Shown here piece after piece: positions 1-10,587 of a stretch of DNA of 64,000 nucleotides. Location: positions 64,001 through 128,000 of the forward strand of contig JBLIRO010000002.1 in the NCBI GenBank assembly GCA_049472335.1, in the 5' to 3' direction. The DNA comes from a bacterium. Lineage in GTDB: Bacteria > SZUA-182 > DTGQ01 > JAFGSM01. The number at the start of each line of letters is the position of its first letter. Position 1 is the first letter of the stretch. The notes under the pieces are model-generated. The model made no database searches. It was given only the letters and a program-made list of their open reading frames with translations, and was not told the DNA's origin. Both the position numbers and the translations under genes were made by a program.

Positions 1-1713
1 ATCGTTTGGCAATTTCTCAGAATCCAGTTTCTCGGTTATTGCCTTTATCTGCCCTTTAATCTTTTCATGACGGAGCCTTTTGAGACAATCCTGAACAGCT
101 TGCTCCGGATCCTCAAAAGCATCTGTGCCGATAATTATTTGTGATATCAGTTCCTTTTGACTCTCTGAATCCACCTCCTTTAAAAAAAATCTCGGCTCTA
201 TTGCGTTTCCCTGGCGCCAGTGTTGAAAGATCATACCGGCCAACTCCTTGAGCTCGGGGTCCTTAAAATCTGATTCATCAACATTTTTAAGGATGAGCCT
301 GGAAGGGGTTCCCAGCTCAAGAGCCAATTTTATAAGAAGTCTTTCAGCGGAATCCCTATTGTTGGATTGAAAAATATCTTTAGGTCTAAAAAAGGGTCTG
401 ATATAATTGCTCTTTTTAGGCCTTTTTATCTGCCCGAGACGTTCCCTTATGGCATCTTCGGAAATCCCCGCTTTCTGGGAAACATAATGTATATAGGTGT
501 CTCGTTCCAGGGGATTCGCTATTTTAACTAAAGAGTGGATAATTTGATCAATTCTCTCCGTTTTCTCCTGGCTCATCACCCCCTCTTTTAATGACCCTTG
601 ATTGTTGAGTAAAAAATCAACAAATGGTTTTGCATGTTCGATGATCTGTTCAAATCTCTCTTTGCCTTCGTTTCTAATCAAGCTGTCCGGATCCCTGCCT
701 GATGGTAATTGAGCTATTTTAACTATGATTCCCTGCTCAAGAAAAAGCTCTATGCCGCGTTCTGCGGCTTTTAAACCTGCTGAATCCGAATCAAACATAA
801 GTGTGACATCGTTTGTATATCTCTTTAAGAGCTGGATATGGTTTGTGGTCAGGGCAGTACCCAGGGTGGCCACAACATTGGTAAATCCAGCCTGGAACAG
901 AGTGATCAGGTCAAAGTATCCCTCAACCACTATTGCCTGTTTTTTTTCACGGATGGTCTTTTTAGCCGAATAAAAACCGTAGAGAACCTGACCCTTGGAA
1001 TATACAGGAGTTTCTGGTGAATTTAGGTATTTTGGGTTTTGTTCCGAAGGTTCTATCAATCTGCCTCCAAAACCGCAAATATCTCCATAAAGGTTATGGA
1101 TTGGAAAAATAACGCGATTCCTGAAACGATCATAATATCCGCTCCCGTTTTGTCTTTCACAGATCAATCCGGATTTGAGCAAAAGTTGTACAGGAAAAGA
1201 ACGTTTAAGATGGGAAAATAGGGCATCCCAGGAATCGACGGCAAAGCCTAATCCGAATTCCTTGATCAAATCGTTCCCTAATCCCCTTTTTTTCAGATAG
1301 TCAAATCCTACTCCCTTTTCCCATAACCTCCTTTCAAAATATGACTTGGCTGCCAGATTTACTTCTAAAATCCTTTCTTTTTCGCTCGGCTTGTCATCAA
1401 AGTTTTTTTCTCTGTCCTTTGTAAGCGTTATTCCACATCTTTTTGCAAGACGTTCCATTGACTCAATAAAGGTTAAACCTTCCAGTTTCATCAGAAAGGT
1501 AAAGGCATCCCCTCCCGCGTGACACCCAAAACAGTAAAACATTTGTTTATCCTTGTCCACATGGAAAGATGGGGTTTTTTCAGGATGAAACGGACAAATC
1601 CCTTTGTAGCTTCTCCCTGCCTTTTTAAGATTTACGTATTCGGATATAAGGTCCAGGATGTCGGTCCTATTAAGGATCTCATCCTTAACCCGATCATTTT
1701 TAACTATAGACAT
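1..1713 (-). CDS. dnaG: DNA primase (3' end runs off the window)
   Basis: Absent from the ORF track; translated by hand from ATG at 1713: MSIVKNDRVKDEILNRTDILDLISEYVNLKKAGRSYKGICPFHPEKTPSF (CHC2 zinc finger), later KYLNSPETP and the Toprim VVEGY(F)D motif; GGGGGAG RBS. Confidence 0.95.
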   Translation of the reverse strand, partial: MSIVKNDRVKDEILNRTDILDLISEYVNLKKAGRSYKGICPFHPEKTPSFHVDKDKQMFYCFGCHAGGDAFTFLMKLEGLTFIESMERLAKRCGITLTKDREKNFDDKPSEKERILEVNLAAKSYFERRLWEKGVGFDYLKKRGLGNDLIKEFGLGFAVDSWDALFSHLKRSFPVQLLLKSGLICERQNGSGYYDRFRNRVIFPIHNLYGDICGFGGRLIEPSEQNPKYLNSPETPVYSKGQVLYGFYSAKKTIREKKQAIVVEGYFDLITLFQAGFTNVVATLGTALTTNHIQLLKRYTNDVTLMFDSDSAGLKAAERGIELFLEQGIIVKIAQLPSGRDPDSLIRNEGKERFEQIIEHAKPFVDFLLNNQGSLKEGVMSQEKTERIDQIIHSLVKIANPLERDTYIHYVSQKAGISEDAIRERLGQIKRPKKSNYIRPFFRPKDIFQSNNRDSAERLLIKLALELGTPSRLILKNVDESDFKDPELKELAGMIFQHWRQGNAIEPRFFLKEVDSESQKELISQIIIGTDAFEDPEQAVQDCLKRLRHEKIKGQIKAITEKLDSEKLPND

Positions 1714-1721
1714 CTCCCCCC

Positions 1722-4127
1722 TTATGCGGCCAACTCTACTACAGTAACCCCTGCTCCCCCCTCCTGTAACTTGCCGCTCCTAAATGAAGCTACTTGAGGA
1801 TGCGCGTTCAGAAATTCCTCGATAGCCTTTTTAAGGGTACCGGTTCCTTTTCCATGGATTATTGAAACGCTTGATAAGTGTGCCAGAATAGCATTATCAA
1901 GATATTTATCTATTTTTTGTAAAGCCTCATCAACCCTCTGGCCGATGACAATCAACTGTGTACTAATGTCCCTGGTCAAAACAGAGGAATTAATAGGGAT
2001 TGTCATGCTGGCCGAGGAGACCATTTCCTTGCTTTGCTTATGGTCCTGACCTTTAACAGGGGCCAATTCATCCGCCTTTACCCGAAACTTTAAGGGTCCA
2101 ACCATAACCCAAACCTTGTTTTCTGTCTGATCGATCCGGCTTACTACTCCCTCTTCATTGAGATTGTATATTAATACTGGCTGGCCAATTGATATTTTAT
2201 CAATATCGAGGCCTTTGTATTTTTTGTTTTCGTAAGATTTTGGGGTAAATTTATGTACCACCTCTCTGAGTTCCTTGTGTGCGCTTTTAATACCCTTGCT
2301 TGTCAGCTCCGATCTCTTCAACTCTCCAACCAGTCTCTCTATATCTTTTCGGGCCTGCTCCACAGTAGCCTGAATCCTCGAATGTGTTTCTTTCGCAATC
2401 CTTTTTTCTCTCTCCTTGATGCTGGAAAGCAAGAGATTATATCTTTCCTTGACCGATTCCATCTGCTGACTAATATTCTTTTGTTTTTCAAGTTCTTCTT
2501 TAAGGAGCCCTTCATCTCGCTCGATCTTAAAAAGGAGATCCTCTAATTGAACCTCTCCTTCGCCCATGACAGTTCGGGCTTTTTCGAGTATTTCATCAGG
2601 AAGCCCCAGCTTGCTGCAAATACCCAGCGCATTGCTGCTGCCCGGAAAACCCATATGTAAAATATACGTTGGCTTTTTCAGGTCGGGATCAAATCCCATG
2701 GACGCATTCCTGATTTCATTATTTTCCGATGAGGCGGCGTATGCTTTGAGACCGTTATGATGAGTTGTCACAAGACATAATGCCCCCTTTTTTAGAATAT
2801 ATTCAAGGACCGCCATGCCCAGAGCGGCCCCTTCTGTGGGATTAGTATCAGAGCCCAGTTCATCCAGCAGAACAATACTCTTTGGACCAATATGGTTAAG
2901 GATCCTCGATATATTTTTAATATGAGATGAAAAGGAGGAAAGGTCCTTTTCGATATCCTGTTCATCCCCTATATCAGCAAGGATTTCATTAAAAATCCCC
3001 AACTCGCTGCCCTCTTTGACAGGGATATGCAACCCTGATTGTACCATTATTTGCAGAAGCCCTACCATTTTAAGGGTTACCGTTTTTCCCCCCGTATTCG
3101 GGCCGCTGATAACCAAAGCCCTTGTTTTTCTGTTTAATTCTATATCTATGGCTACCGGCTCAGACCCCATTTCAGGTGAATCCTTATGCCGGAAGATGAG
3201 CAGGGTGTGTTTAGCTCCTCTTAACCTTATAATGAGGTCATGACTTATAATCGGAGCAATGCCTTCTGTTGCGGAGCTAAATAAGGCCTTTGATTGAATA
3301 AAATCCAGTTCCCCCAGGGTCCACAGGTCCACTCTGAGTGATTCAGAGAAATTCATGACTAATTCGCTCAATTCATGAATTATTCTTTTTATTTCATCTT
3401 TCTCTTTAATTTTGAGTCTGTAAAATTTATTTTGGGCATCCACAGAGATCATAGGCTCTATAAAAAGTGTGGCTCCGCTTCCAGATTCATCATGCACAAT
3501 ACCCTGTAACATCCCCTTTTTATTTGCCTTTACTGGGATTACATAGCGATCATTTCGAATAGTCACAAAATCGCTCTGAAACGCCTCTTTCCCATCCTTT
3601 TCCATTAAAAGGCCTTCTAAGATCTGGATTATCTTATCCTTTTCCTGGCGTAATTCTCTGCGGATTTTTGCAAGCAAAGGGGAAGCCGAATCCTTTACTT
3701 CGCCCGACGGATCAATACAATTGTCAAGCCTTATTTTTAATTTGTCCAGAAGAACAAGTCTTTTTTTGAATAATTTAATGCTCGAATAGTTGTCCCTGAT
3801 ATTTGAAAGCCAATGAGCTACCTCTTGAGTGACGTCTAAAAAATTTCTGATCGTCAAAAGTTCCTGAATGTCCAGACAGGGGCCATTTCCATCTAATTTA
3901 ATTAGTATGGGATTAATATCCTTCAGCCCTGCAAGGGGGATACGACCGAATATGGAAATAGCTTCTTTTGCCTGCTGTACCTGTTTTAAATCATCTTCTA
4001 TTTTCGTTTTTTCCAGTTTTGGGCTGATTTCTCGGCACAGTCTTTTCCCTAGTTCAGAACAGGCAAAAAGCGAGAGCCTTTCCTTTATTATATCAAATCC
4101 TAAAACATCAAGTGAATGATTGTCCAT
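1722..4127 (-). CDS. mutS2: MutS2 endonuclease / ribosome-collision factor
   Basis: Walker A ISGPNTGGKT, DIGDEQ..LSSFSSH, LLDELGSDT, coiled coil, C-terminal Smr domain (IIHGKGTG...GGAGVT). Confidence 0.95.
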   Translation of the reverse strand: MDNHSLDVLGFDIIKERLSLFACSELGKRLCREISPKLEKTKIEDDLKQVQQAKEAISIFGRIPLAGLKDINPILIKLDGNGPCLDIQELLTIRNFLDVTQEVAHWLSNIRDNYSSIKLFKKRLVLLDKLKIRLDNCIDPSGEVKDSASPLLAKIRRELRQEKDKIIQILEGLLMEKDGKEAFQSDFVTIRNDRYVIPVKANKKGMLQGIVHDESGSGATLFIEPMISVDAQNKFYRLKIKEKDEIKRIIHELSELVMNFSESLRVDLWTLGELDFIQSKALFSSATEGIAPIISHDLIIRLRGAKHTLLIFRHKDSPEMGSEPVAIDIELNRKTRALVISGPNTGGKTVTLKMVGLLQIMVQSGLHIPVKEGSELGIFNEILADIGDEQDIEKDLSSFSSHIKNISRILNHIGPKSIVLLDELGSDTNPTEGAALGMAVLEYILKKGALCLVTTHHNGLKAYAASSENNEIRNASMGFDPDLKKPTYILHMGFPGSSNALGICSKLGLPDEILEKARTVMGEGEVQLEDLLFKIERDEGLLKEELEKQKNISQQMESVKERYNLLLSSIKEREKRIAKETHSRIQATVEQARKDIERLVGELKRSELTSKGIKSAHKELREVVHKFTPKSYENKKYKGLDIDKISIGQPVLIYNLNEEGVVSRIDQTENKVWVMVGPLKFRVKADELAPVKGQDHKQSKEMVSSASMTIPINSSVLTRDISTQLIVIGQRVDEALQKIDKYLDNAILAHLSSVSIIHGKGTGTLKKAIEEFLNAHPQVASFRSGKLQEGGAGVTVVELAA

Positions 4128-4163
4128 GACTAATGACCCGAATCGTTAACACCTTAAAAGCAG

Positions 4164-4206
4164 GCAAAAAAAGGGACTCGGGTGTTAAAGGACCCGAATC
4201 CCCTTT
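4164..4206 (-). terminator. Intrinsic-terminator-like hairpin between rpsU and mutS2
   Basis: Minus strand GGGATTCGGGT-cctttaac-ACCCGAGTCCC followed by a T7 run. Confidence 0.6.
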
Positions 4207-4386
4207 GTAAAAAGCAATATATAACTGTTTTTCCCTTAAAATAGCTTCACACCTTAATTATGTAAAATAAAATAAAAAATCAAAAAAATTTTTTTGGTAT
4301 GCGCAGCCCTATTATTAAGGGTAAAGGTTGTAACAAAATCAAGAAAATAGATTTTACAATTTATAAATGACATAAAAATATAGATA

Positions 4387-4569
4387 CTATCTTCTTCTAA
4401 GAGCCTTTTTTTTCGCAGCTAGCGCCTTTCTTTTCTTTCTGCTGCTAGGCTTTTCATAGTGCTCTCTCTTTTTGTATTCAGCCAATATTCCTGCCTTCTC
4501 ACTAGTCTTTTTAAACCGTTTAAGCAGACTCTCAAAGGACTCGTCCTCTTTTGGTCTCACAACTGGCAA
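4387..4569 (-). CDS. rpsU: 30S ribosomal protein bS21
   Basis: [12 protein letters not shown]...[15 protein letters not shown] start with GGAGGGAGG RBS; lies upstream of dnaG. Confidence 0.95.
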   Translation of the reverse strand: MPVVRPKEDESFESLLKRFKKTSEKAGILAEYKKREHYEKPSSRKKRKALAAKKKALRRR

Positions 4570-4675
4570 TCATTATCCCTCCCTCCACATACATTTAAAA
4601 ATATCTAAATAGATTTTTTCAAAAACGTTTAAAACTAAATTATATCTAATCATATATAAAAAGTCAAGAAAAAAA

Positions 4676-5026
4676 TCAAAACTTTTTAAAACATCTATAA
4701 AAACAGGTCCTGTTGCCTGTATGACAAGCCGCTCCTGTTTGTTCGACCTTGAAAAGCAGTGTGTCATTATCACAGTCATAGCATAATTCCTTTACTTTTT
4801 GAATATGCCCTGACGTGTCTCCTTTTCTCCAAATACATTTTCTGGATCGACTCCAAAAAACAGTTCTGCCGGTTTGTATTGTTTCCTCGAGGGAGCTGCG
4901 ATTCATATAAGCCAACATCAATACCTGGTCATTCTGATAGTCCTGGATGATTGCGGGTATAAGCCCCTTTTCGTCATATTTCATATCTGTTATAAACTTT
5001 TCTACATCGTTTTCTTCGATCTTCAT
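4676..5026 (-). CDS. hisI: Phosphoribosyl-AMP cyclohydrolase
   Basis: [41 protein letters not shown]; start moved to ATG 5026 (GAGG RBS). Confidence 0.93.
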   Translation of the reverse strand: MKIEENDVEKFITDMKYDEKGLIPAIIQDYQNDQVLMLAYMNRSSLEETIQTGRTVFWSRSRKCIWRKGDTSGHIQKVKELCYDCDNDTLLFKVEQTGAACHTGNRTCFYRCFKKF

Positions 5027-5342
5027 ATTTCTTTTCCTCGCCGCCAAGTCCGTCTGAAATCCCTTATAAACATTAATTCTTTTGTAGCCCCAATGAGAAT
5101 TTTGCTTTAGACAGGTCTTTTGTAAAACATTATTGATTGTTTTTTGCTAACAGACATGAGGGTTCATACAATAAGTGACTTGTAATATTTATAATAAATA
5201 ACATAAAATAAGATATAAAGGTTATGAACACTCATTGTTTCATTATTTATATATTAACAAACATCCATAATTTTGTCAATATACACATCCCATAATATAT
5301 TGTTTTTAATAAAGACAGGATTTTCTGGTTCTGTATCCGGAT

Positions 5343-6137
5343 ATGAAAATAAATGCCGATAAGATAAAACTTGAAGAATTATACGGAAAGTATAATCATA
5401 GAAGATTTGTTCATCCTGATCCATTAGAGTTTCTCTACAATTATGAATATCTTCATGATCGTGAAATAGTAGGTCTTGTAGCCTCATCCTTAGCCTATGG
5501 AAGGGTTGAGCAGATACTAAAAAGCGTTTCTTCAGTACTCGAACGAATGCAGGAACCGTCATATTTTCTAAAATGCTCTTCTATGGAATCGCTACGTTCT
5601 ATTTTCAGGGATTTTAAGCATAGGTTTACAACGGGTGAAGATCTGGCAACATTGCTTTACGGGGCAAAACGGGTTATTGAGAAATATGGCTCTCTTTATG
5701 AGTGTTTCAGAACAAAGCTAAATGATGATCCCACGATTTTCCCTGCTCTGAAATCATTTATGACTGAACTTTCTGTTATGAATAATTTTATGTATAACTC
5801 ACTTGTACCTTCACCCTTGAAGGGCAGCGCATGCAAAAGAATGAATCTTTTCTTGCGATGGATGGTAAGGAAGGATAATGTTGATCCGGGAGGATGGGAT
5901 GATGTGCCAGCTTCCAAGCTTATTGTTCCTCTTGATACTCACCTATATAGAATCTGTTGCGCGATGAATCTTTCACAAAGAAAACAGGCTGATATGAAAA
6001 CGGCCTTTGAAATAACAAACGCCTTCAGGACAATTGCCCCCGAAGACCCGGTCAAATACGACTTTGCTTTAACTCGCCTTGGAATGAGGGGTATAAGTCC
6101 AACCTGGAAAATACAAGTTTTTAACTTTCCTTTATAA
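5343..6137 (+). CDS. TIGR02757/DUF2400-family protein
   Basis: DPLEF..Y, LAYGRV, SACKRMNLFLRWMVR.D.VDPGGW, PLDTH, DPVKYDFAL. Confidence 0.85.
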   Translation: MKINADKIKLEELYGKYNHRRFVHPDPLEFLYNYEYLHDREIVGLVASSLAYGRVEQILKSVSSVLERMQEPSYFLKCSSMESLRSIFRDFKHRFTTGEDLATLLYGAKRVIEKYGSLYECFRTKLNDDPTIFPALKSFMTELSVMNNFMYNSLVPSPLKGSACKRMNLFLRWMVRKDNVDPGGWDDVPASKLIVPLDTHLYRICCAMNLSQRKQADMKTAFEITNAFRTIAPEDPVKYDFALTRLGMRGISPTWKIQVFNFPL

Positions 6138-6360
6138 ACCTTAGACGCTTCTTGAACGTATATTTTGTATACATTTCTTGTAATTTTTATGAATAAAATT
6201 ACCCATTCTTGTAAAGTATATTATAATTAATATGTTATGTTTAGCTTGATTTGAATTTTTGTAATGAAACAAAAAATTTTTTCAAAGGAATAGTATTTGC
6301 TATATTTTAAGGAAAAGATTGAATATTAAAGTTTGATCATAAAGTACCGGGAGGAGTCAA

Positions 6361-7305
6361 ATGGTTAGGTTAGAGATGGTTAGGACGCTAATGGTTAGAG
6401 TTCCAACTAAAAGAATATCCAGAATTATTAACCTGTCTTTTTTTATCCTGTTATGCGTTTCCATATTATGTTTTTACTGCATAAATAGTTGTGAGGCATA
6501 TTATGGATTGGGGCTTTACGGTCGAGGGATCTATGGAGGCCTGGGACTTTATGGCCTTGGAAGCCTTTATTATGGAAGTGGATTATATGGACTGACCGGG
6601 CTTTATGGAGGTATAGGAAGTCTGTATGGACTTAGTGGATTGTATGGCCTTTATGGTTTGAGCAGCCTTTACGGATTGGGAAGTCTCTATGGTCTAGGAG
6701 GCTTGTATGGCCTCGGAGGATTATATGGTTTAAGCAGTCTTTATGGACTGGGCGGGTTATATGGACTCGGTGGTTTGTACGGATTGACGGGTTTGTATGG
6801 CCTTGGAGGATTAGGTGGATTGGGAGGTATATTTGGCACCTTGCATTTACTCTCTAATCTTGGGCTTGTGAATCCTGTTGTACAAAGTACTACCCCTGCT
6901 GCCATGGTAGTGGCGGCAGAGCAGGCAGGCACATGGACGGGGAGTTGGTATAGTCTGATTAAGCTCCAGGCGGGCATTATGAACATGACACTTGTTGAGG
7001 ATAACATTAATGGAGCGCTGGTTGGAGAAGTGAACTTAATCCTCAATAAAATTACAAAATCTTTACCAGCCGAGGTAAGCGGTCCATATGCCGGCGGGGA
7101 TACATTTATTCTGACAGGCTTATATAATGGTGTTTTTACAAGCGCCTCGCTAGTTACTACTATTATCTCGTATGAAATTGAACTTACATGCACATTGACA
7201 AGCCCGACCACCATGACTGGTACTTATTATATAAATGATCTAACAAAGTTGCTTGGTGTTGACTATGGAAATTTTAATCTTACTCTCAGCGCTCCGGCTA
7301 TATGA
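6361..7305 (+). CDS. Secreted Gly-Leu-Tyr-repeat protein with a beta-rich C-terminal domain
   Basis: GGAGGAG RBS; signal-peptide-like N-terminus (..CEA|YYG); about 110 aa of GLYGL(G/S) repeats; C-terminal AEQAGTWTGSW domain. Confidence 0.8.
   Translation: MVRLEMVRTLMVRVPTKRISRIINLSFFILLCVSILCFYCINSCEAYYGLGLYGRGIYGGLGLYGLGSLYYGSGLYGLTGLYGGIGSLYGLSGLYGLYGLSSLYGLGSLYGLGGLYGLGGLYGLSSLYGLGGLYGLGGLYGLTGLYGLGGLGGLGGIFGTLHLLSNLGLVNPVVQSTTPAAMVVAAEQAGTWTGSWYSLIKLQAGIMNMTLVEDNINGALVGEVNLILNKITKSLPAEVSGPYAGGDTFILTGLYNGVFTSASLVTTIISYEIELTCTLTSPTTMTGTYYINDLTKLLGVDYGNFNLTLSAPAI
6500..6835 (+). repeat. Coding tandem repeat, ~18-nt (GLYGLG-like hexapeptide) units
   Basis: Periodic TA(T/C)GGN(C/T)TN codons with synonymous divergence. 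Confidence 0.85.
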
Positions 7306-8347
7306 TCTTTATCTTTGCCTTCATTACCTTATGCCCTATAAGCATCTCGGCAATCTGGACGGCATTGAGAGCGGCGCCTTTACGAAGGTTGTCAGCCACG
7401 ATCCACATGTTAAGGCCTGAGGGTATGGTTTCGTCCCTTCGAACCCGGCCTACAAATACAGGGTCTTCCCCCGCGGCATTTATAGGGAGCGGATAAATAT
7501 TCCGGGCAGGGTCATCAACAACTACAATACCGGTGTTTTTCCGAAGAATCTCGCGACATTCATCAGGAGACAATGGCTTCTCCAGTTCAATATTTACCGC
7601 TTCTGAGTGTCCGACAAAGACCGGGACCCTTACTGTGGTGGCAGTCACCCGGATAGAATCGTCCCCCATGATCTTCTTGGTTTCATTGACCATCTTCATT
7701 TCCTCTTTGGTATAGCCGTTTTCGAGGAAAATATCGATATGAGGAAGACAATTGAAGGCGATCTGGTGGGGATATACCGTAGGCTTTATCTCGTTTTGTT
7801 GAAAATTGAATATCATCTTGCTCTGTTCGAGTAACTCATCAACTGCCTCTTTGCCGGTTCCTGACACGGCCTGATATGTAGACACAACAATCCTCTTAAT
7901 TTTTGCATGATCATGAATCGGCTTCAATACAACTACCATCTGGATAGTCGAGCAATTGGGATTTGCAATGATCCCTTTATGGGTTTTAATTGCATCAGGA
8001 TTGACCTCAGGGACAACCAGAGGCACCTCCGGCGCCATCCTGAAAGCACTGCTGTTGTCTACTACAACAGTGCCGGCCTTTACTGCCAGTGGAGCAAATT
8101 CACTGCTCACCCCTGCACCGGCGGAAAAAAGGGCGATATCGATTCCCTCAAATGAATCCGTTTTCAATTCCTTAACAGTGATCGATTTATTATCAAAGGA
8201 TACCTGTGACCCTGCTGTTCTGTAAGAGGCAAGGGGGACAAGCTCGCTTATGGGAAAGGCCCTCTCTTCGAGAACGGAAATCATCTCTTTTCCCACAACT
8301 CCGGTGGCGCCAACCACTGCAACACGATAATTTTGTTTTTTCTCCAT
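7298..8347 (-). CDS. asd: Aspartate-semialdehyde dehydrogenase
   Basis: VAVVGATGVVG, IANPNCST, TYQAVSG.G, DNLRKGAALNAVQI; start at ATG 8347 just after the leuB stop. Confidence 0.95.
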   Translation of the reverse strand: MEKKQNYRVAVVGATGVVGKEMISVLEERAFPISELVPLASYRTAGSQVSFDNKSITVKELKTDSFEGIDIALFSAGAGVSSEFAPLAVKAGTVVVDNSSAFRMAPEVPLVVPEVNPDAIKTHKGIIANPNCSTIQMVVVLKPIHDHAKIKRIVVSTYQAVSGTGKEAVDELLEQSKMIFNFQQNEIKPTVYPHQIAFNCLPHIDIFLENGYTKEEMKMVNETKKIMGDDSIRVTATTVRVPVFVGHSEAVNIELEKPLSPDECREILRKNTGIVVVDDPARNIYPLPINAAGEDPVFVGRVRRDETIPSGLNMWIVADNLRKGAALNAVQIAEMLIGHKVMKAKIKII

Positions 8348-8360
8348 GCTTAAAACCTCA

Positions 8361-9431
8361 CTATGCTTGTTTGGAAGGATCTCGGATAAGATCTGCAACC
8401 ATATCCCCTATCTCATGTGTCTTATAACCGCTTTTGGTAGACAAATCCTTAATCTTGCCGCTGGACAGGAGTGAAATAATGGCTTGTTCAATCAACCTGC
8501 TCCCGTCATATTCCTTAAGGTGATCCAGCATCATTTGTGCTGCGGAAATAGTGGCTAAAGGATTTATAATCCCTTTTCCTGTATATTTGGGTGCAGATCC
8601 ATGGATTGGTTCAAACATTGATACGCCCTCAGGGTTTATGTTCCCTGAGGCGGCTATGCCCAACCCACCCTGAATCATGGCACCAAGATCAGTGATAATG
8701 TCCCCGAACATATTACAAACAACTATTACATCAAACCATTCAGGATTTTTTACCATCCACATACAAGTTGCATCCACGTAAGCATGGTCCCTTTGTATGT
8801 CGCCATATTCATTTCCCACTTCTGCAAACACCCTTTGCCAGAGGTCATGGGCGTAGGTCAATACATTTGATTTATCACAGAGGGTCAATTTCTTTTCTTT
8901 ATTTCTTCTGCGGGTCAGGTCAAACGCGTAGCGGATGCATCGTTCCACTCCCTTTCTGGTGTTTATCATTTCCTGGATAGCAACTTCATCCTTCTGCCCC
9001 TTTTTAAAGAAGCCGCCAATTCCCACATAAAGGCCTTCGGTGTTCTCCCGGACGACTACAAAGTCAATATCATTCGGGCACTTATCTTTCAGAGGTGTCC
9101 AGACTCCTGGATAAAGCTTGATCGGCCTCAGGTTGATATATAGGTCAAGTTCGAACCGTAAACGCAATAGAAGCCCTTTTTCCAATATCCCCGCTTGAAC
9201 ACCAGGATGCCCGACAGCGCCAAGATAAATGGCATCCATATCTTTTAGCTCTGTCATAGCTGAATCAGGGATGATTTCACCGGTCTTTAAATATCTATCT
9301 CCGCCAAAGTCATAATGGTGTGCTTTGAATTGGAAACCGGCTATTTCGGATGCAGTTCGAAGGGCCTTCAATCCTTCATTTATTACTTCAGGTCCTATCC
9401 CGTCGCCAGGTATAACAGCTATATTGTACAT
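8361..9431 (-). CDS. leuB: 3-isopropylmalate dehydrogenase
   Basis: [35 protein letters not shown]; leu operon context. Confidence 0.9.
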   Translation of the reverse strand: MYNIAVIPGDGIGPEVINEGLKALRTASEIAGFQFKAHHYDFGGDRYLKTGEIIPDSAMTELKDMDAIYLGAVGHPGVQAGILEKGLLLRLRFELDLYINLRPIKLYPGVWTPLKDKCPNDIDFVVVRENTEGLYVGIGGFFKKGQKDEVAIQEMINTRKGVERCIRYAFDLTRRRNKEKKLTLCDKSNVLTYAHDLWQRVFAEVGNEYGDIQRDHAYVDATCMWMVKNPEWFDVIVVCNMFGDIITDLGAMIQGGLGIAASGNINPEGVSMFEPIHGSAPKYTGKGIINPLATISAAQMMLDHLKEYDGSRLIEQAIISLLSSGKIKDLSTKSGYKTHEIGDMVADLIRDPSKQA

Positions 9432-9453
9432 GTATTACTCCCCTTCAGGTGCT

Positions 9454-9655
9454 AATTAAAAAATGCAAATTTTAAAATGCAAAATGCAAAATGCAAATTT
9501 AAAAACAACCTTCATCGGTTTTGGCGAGAACAATTCGAGATTTTCCTTTATTCATCATTCATCATTTTGCATTGCATAGAGATTTTTTCTTTATTCCTTC
9601 AATCTTCAATCTTCAATTTGCATTTTGCAATTTGATATTTGCAATTTGCAATTGA
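9454..9655. mobile_element. MITE-like element copy A, with heptamer-repeat inverted ends
   Basis: AAAATGC repeats at the left end, TTTGCAA/TTTGCAT repeats at the right end; homologous to 35643-36037 in inverted orientation. Confidence 0.6.
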
Positions 9656-10084
9656 TTACTCCCCTTCGTTTTTTGTGGATTTGCCTTTTTGACCGCAACA
9701 ATTTTTATATTTTTTATCGCTTCCACATGGACAGGGAGCATTTCGATCAATAGGTGTACTACCCATGACTATGATCTTGTTTTGTCGTTGTTTTGATCTG
9801 GGTCTTTTGTTTTCTGTTTTGACTTTATTGTCCATCCACTCTTCGTCATCCCATAACATATAATCCTCTTCCATCATCATAACTATTTCTTCGATCTTTT
9901 GATTGATTAAAAGAAGAGGAAATAGTATCAGGAGGCAACAGAAAGGAGCCATAAGAAGCAAAGCCGTCTGAAAAGCGCTAATAGGTAGAAATAGATTTAC
10001 AACTGTTCCTATCCCTATGAATAAAGTTCCTACTAACAAACAAGATAAGACAGCCAGAAAACAAATAAAACAGAAACTTTTCAT
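9656..10084 (-). CDS. Membrane protein with C-terminal SEC-C zinc motif
   Basis: Two hydrophobic segments, acidic linker, RNAPCPCGSDKKYKNCC; ATGA overlap with leuD. Confidence 0.8.
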   Translation of the reverse strand: MKSFCFICFLAVLSCLLVGTLFIGIGTVVNLFLPISAFQTALLLMAPFCCLLILFPLLLINQKIEEIVMMMEEDYMLWDDEEWMDNKVKTENKRPRSKQRQNKIIVMGSTPIDRNAPCPCGSDKKYKNCCGQKGKSTKNEGE

Positions 10085-10587
10085 GAAATGACTCCTTTTA
10101 TATAGTTCATCAACCCGCCGCTTGCAATCAATTCCTTCATAAACGGAGGATAGGGAACGATCTCATATTCCTCCTGCCTTGTAAGATTTATAATCTTTCC
10201 AATCTCAACATTTACCTCAACATGATCTCCTGTCTGAATATTCAAGGCAGCCTGTTCGGATTCGACTATAGGTAACCCAATGTTTATGGCATTTCTGAAA
10301 AAGATCCGGGCAAAACTGGCGGCAATTACACAGCTTATCCCTGCCGCCTTGATACAGATGGGGGCATGTTCCCTGGATGAGCCGCAACCGAAGTTTGCCC
10401 CTCCTACCAGAACATCTCCGGTTTTCACCTGGGACACAAAGTTTTCGTCCAGATCTTTCAAGCAATATTGTGCCAGTTCATCTGGGTCTGTTATATTAAG
10501 GTATCTGGCAGGGATAATCTCGTCTGTATTTATATTATCGCCGTATTTCCATGCCTTTCCTTTGATTTTACTGATGGATTGCACCAC
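10081..10587 (-). CDS. leuD: 3-isopropylmalate dehydratase small subunit
   Basis: [33 protein letters not shown]. Confidence 0.93.
   Translation of the reverse strand: MVQSISKIKGKAWKYGDNINTDEIIPARYLNITDPDELAQYCLKDLDENFVSQVKTGDVLVGGANFGCGSSREHAPICIKAAGISCVIAASFARIFFRNAINIGLPIVESEQAALNIQTGDHVEVNVEIGKIINLTRQEEYEIVPYPPFMKELIASGGLMNYIKGVIS

Noticed and set aside
725..1797. Short plus-strand ORFs (725-973, 838-1020, 1039-1221, 1519-1797)
   Set aside because: Antisense shadows of dnaG and mutS2.
9454..9655. CRISPR array
   Set aside because: The repeats are 7-nt tandem units without unique spacers, and there are no cas genes in the window.
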